From: Nageia nagi
Taxonomy: Eukaryota > Plantae > Pinophyta
DNA: 64,000 nucleotides
Direction: 5' to 3'
Assembly (NCBI GenBank): GCA_050084985.1
Contig: JBITNC010000001.1
Location: forward strand, 48,980,001-49,044,000
A program made the position numbers and the translations under genes. The notes under the pieces were generated by a model. That model was given only the letters and a program-made list of their open reading frames with translations. It had not been told where the DNA came from and ran no database searches. Positions 60,761-64,000 of the stretch are shown here, piece after piece. Position 1 is the stretch's first letter. Each line of letters opens with the position of its first letter.

Positions 60761-63700
60761 CTACACTGATGAAATCAAGGATATTTTTTGCATAGTCTAA
60801 GAGGGTCTAGAACTCTTGCAAAATTGCATCATGATGTTAGCAATTAGCATAATCAAACAATTATAGGACGAAAGAGGAATGCTACTAGAAAACATGCTAT
60901 ATTTCAAGTACATGTGTGATAAAGCTTTTAACATGTATAAGAGAGAGAAAATATAATGAATAAAATTATTATAGTTAATTGAGGAACCAATTAGAGTATA
61001 ACATGCAAACACATTTTTTTTATATACAAAAAAAGAGTGAAGTCAACAACATAACTATATATCCATACATATTTCTGGAGATATAAGAAGAGTTTTGTAT
61101 GTGTATGTCTTTTTTCATCCTTTATTGTTGTTGGAATAATTTATACTTAGTAAATTTTAAACATTTTTATGATGTTTGATTTTGGCAGAGATTCGACAAT
61201 ATTGGAGTGCACATAGTTTGCCTGAATGGTGACATAATCAATTAGTGCTAGGACTTAAGCAATTTTTGAGCATTTTCTATAGTGTTCAATTTTCGTAGAT
61301 ATATGATAATTTTTTGATGTATGAACTTTTCTAGAATAGCAAAAAAATCATTACAATGTTATACTTAACTATTTTCTCATGTTTTGCAAAATATTTGATT
61401 TTGGCAGAGATCTGATAGAGAAGAAGACTAGTTTCCATCAAAATAATAAGAAAATCATACAGGCATTTTATATAGTTCTAGCCCTATCAGAGGTGATTCA
61501 ATCATGAACCAAGGGGGATTTTAGTCATATCAATCATCTTAGATGTTCCAATTTTGAAGATCCAAGTTTTGGCAATCCTAATTTAAGCATGGATGAAGAA
61601 TTCTATCAGAATAATTTGTTTTATTTTGTATTTGATTTTGATGGGTCTATTAGAATACAAGTACCTATAAATAGTGTTAGAACCTCAACCAAATGCATTT
61701 TCATTCAAATAAGGTGATTTCAAATTCAAATTCAAGTTGCAAGTTCCAAACAAGATAAAGGGTGTTAGCGCATACGAAGGATTGTTTCAAATATTTGTAA
61801 ATTAAGATCTAAGTTGTATATCCAATCTAAGATCAAAACTGATATGTTGTAAATATATGAATAGTTAGTTACAAATATTTTATTTCTTAGAGTTTGTTAG
61901 GAATTATTTAAAAGATATTTTACAAAGGAATACTATAAATATCACCTATATTGTAAGAGAAAGGGTTAGATATAGTAGATATTACCTCTATTTTGTACTT
62001 ATGTTAATGATAATAGAATATAATTTACTTCTTGATCTCTTGATTATAATCTCCTTATCTTTGTTCTTAAATCATTGTGTTATATGCTTGTTTGCACTTC
62101 ATGGATTGTGAGAGCTTATCAATAGTTAATCCATATCTACAAAGTGCTTGTATGTTATTATTACTTGGAGTTTCATGTATTATTTGGTGGTTACAAAATC
62201 AAACCATTCAAACAACTTGGATTCTATTATAATGGATGCTTATGCTGGTCCAGATTTTTGCTTTTACTTATTTGCACTCACTAACCTAGAATCTTAGATT
62301 TGCTTTAGTTTTCAAAGTTTGCTTTCTACAACCTTTTCTTTTGCAATTACTAGTCTAATCCTGATAGAAACCAACCTTCTTTGGAGATACATTTCTAGTA
62401 ATAGAAATCACATCATTAGAATTATAATTGTGACTTTGATACATGAGCACATGTAAAAATTACATAATCTTATTCAATAGTATTATAATTATTTTTGGCA
62501 TGCTTTGTGGGATGATCTCTTACCATGTATTAAATTATTCATGATCATTATATCTTGATGGTGACTCCACTCAAATGAAACCTATTCTTTATTTGTAAAG
62601 TTTGAACCCAAAAAAGTTTTACTTCTTTTTATTTTTGTTGATTATGAGAATAAGGTCATAAATTAATAAAGCTAAAGAATTTTCTATCATTGAAGGTTTC
62701 AAGAGATCTATTGAAACCCCAGTTAGGAAATCTAAATCTCTTATAGATCTTACTCATATTTTGAATCTCATTGCATTGAATTCTATTCCACCTTTTAACA
62801 AAAGGAACATAATCAATCCACTTGTTCAAATGGCTCAACTTCCTACTACACCTCTTATTTATCCATAATGGAAGGCTTCTGGAGCTCTCTAAATTATAAA
62901 TCCCTATGAGATTCCAGTGCAAGCTACCAAAGCTTTGCAGAATTGGGATGGTTATGGAAATAATACTTATGAACATTATCAAGATATTACAAAAATGGAA
63001 AATAAGCATAACATATTCCATGAATATGTGATGCTCATATTGCTTGCCATGTCTCTCTGCAAGAAGGTTTTGGATTAGTATAGAATACTTCCATCCAATT
63101 ATATCACTACATGTGATCCAAAATTTGTACAAAATTTGTATCTATTCAGTGTTCTAGAAGGGTATGTTCAGTGAGTTCACTTTGTTGCTAGCTTTTTGAA
63201 GCCTCTTCTGGATTGCAATTTCAATTTCATATGTGCAAGATATGACTTTTTTAAGTTTGGTGTGATTTTTGGTATTTTTTTCAAATATTTGAAAAGGTTT
63301 AAAAAAATTAATAAAAGTTTGAAAATATAATTGGGCTATAAGATTAATAAAGTTTGGGGACCTTCCAAGCCACCATGGCAATATGGAGGTGATAGGGTGC
63401 TAAAGTAGCCATTTTCCAACATGGATTTGGGAAAATGGGAGGTAAAAGCTAGTTGGGAATTGCATGACGTTGGATAGAGATCTACCTTGGGACTTGATTT
63501 ACTAGCATGGAGTTGAGTAGGGACCTTCTTGATACTACCAATGTGAAGGAATAGATGAATTTTGGGAGCCACAAAGGGTGTTTGAGTTGCTTCTTTAAAG
63601 ACATGGTGGATCCCGAAGTTAAGGGGAGTGGACAAGAAAGGCTTGGTAGCCACCTGACAACCCACTAGCCACCATCTACTAGCCTCTTGATATGGCATGG

Positions 63701-64000
63701 AGTGGAGTAGGGTCATTTGGGATAAGCAAAGAAGATTTGAAGGAGTAAGCTATGTGGAAATGAGCTAGCCACTAGGAAGGGATCATGTGGAGCTAGAAGA
63801 AGACTCCATGGGGGTTGCTTGATAAGCTGCTAGCCCACTTTGTTAGCCACCTATAGAATATCACCTACCACTTATTCAATCACCATGGGATTAAATTGAA
63901 TGTGGAGTTTAGTCAAAGATTTGGACCTATTGGTAAAGGGAAATGTGCAATCAGCTAACACCATTGAATTCATCTACTGCTAAGCATTTACACCCCTCCT

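Noticed and set aside
61000-64000. ORFs 62656..63132 and 63336..63716, plus LTR-, LINE- and MITE-like patches
   Set aside because: No recognisable domains or definable termini. Probably mixed TE debris, but I cannot support a call.

Overview
This is AT-rich, CpG-depleted eukaryotic plant nuclear DNA. The very long TE-filled introns and the TE families present fit a gymnosperm/conifer-type genome best (inference). One intact protein-coding gene can be reconstructed on the + strand: 7 exons from ~502 to 34323, 2673 nt (890 aa plus stop), all GT-AG junctions in frame. It encodes an uncharacterised plant protein. Its introns 3 (17.9 kb) and 4 (10.6 kb) are built of nested transposons. Intron 3 holds an old Ty3/gypsy element interrupted by a Reina-like chromovirus and by solo LTRs, one of which carries an intron-containing hAT transposon. 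Intron 4 holds a pol-less gag-protease LTR element with very unequal LTRs. Downstream lie a tandem array of ~3.5 decayed PLS-PPR-DYW units that share a PPR-to-DYW fusion lacking the E domains, a small non-autonomous LTR element with a microsatellite in one LTR, a probable SINE, a foldback MITE, an L1 LINE, an internally deleted Tat/Ogre-like element and copia/gypsy remnants. There are no rRNA genes, real tRNA genes or CRISPR arrays. I see no intact novel multi-gene system. The best candidates for something undescribed are the E-less PPR-DYW array, a possible relic duplicate of exon 4 at 1573-1656, and the unexplained ORF cargo replacing pol in the intron-4 element. All alignments were done by eye.
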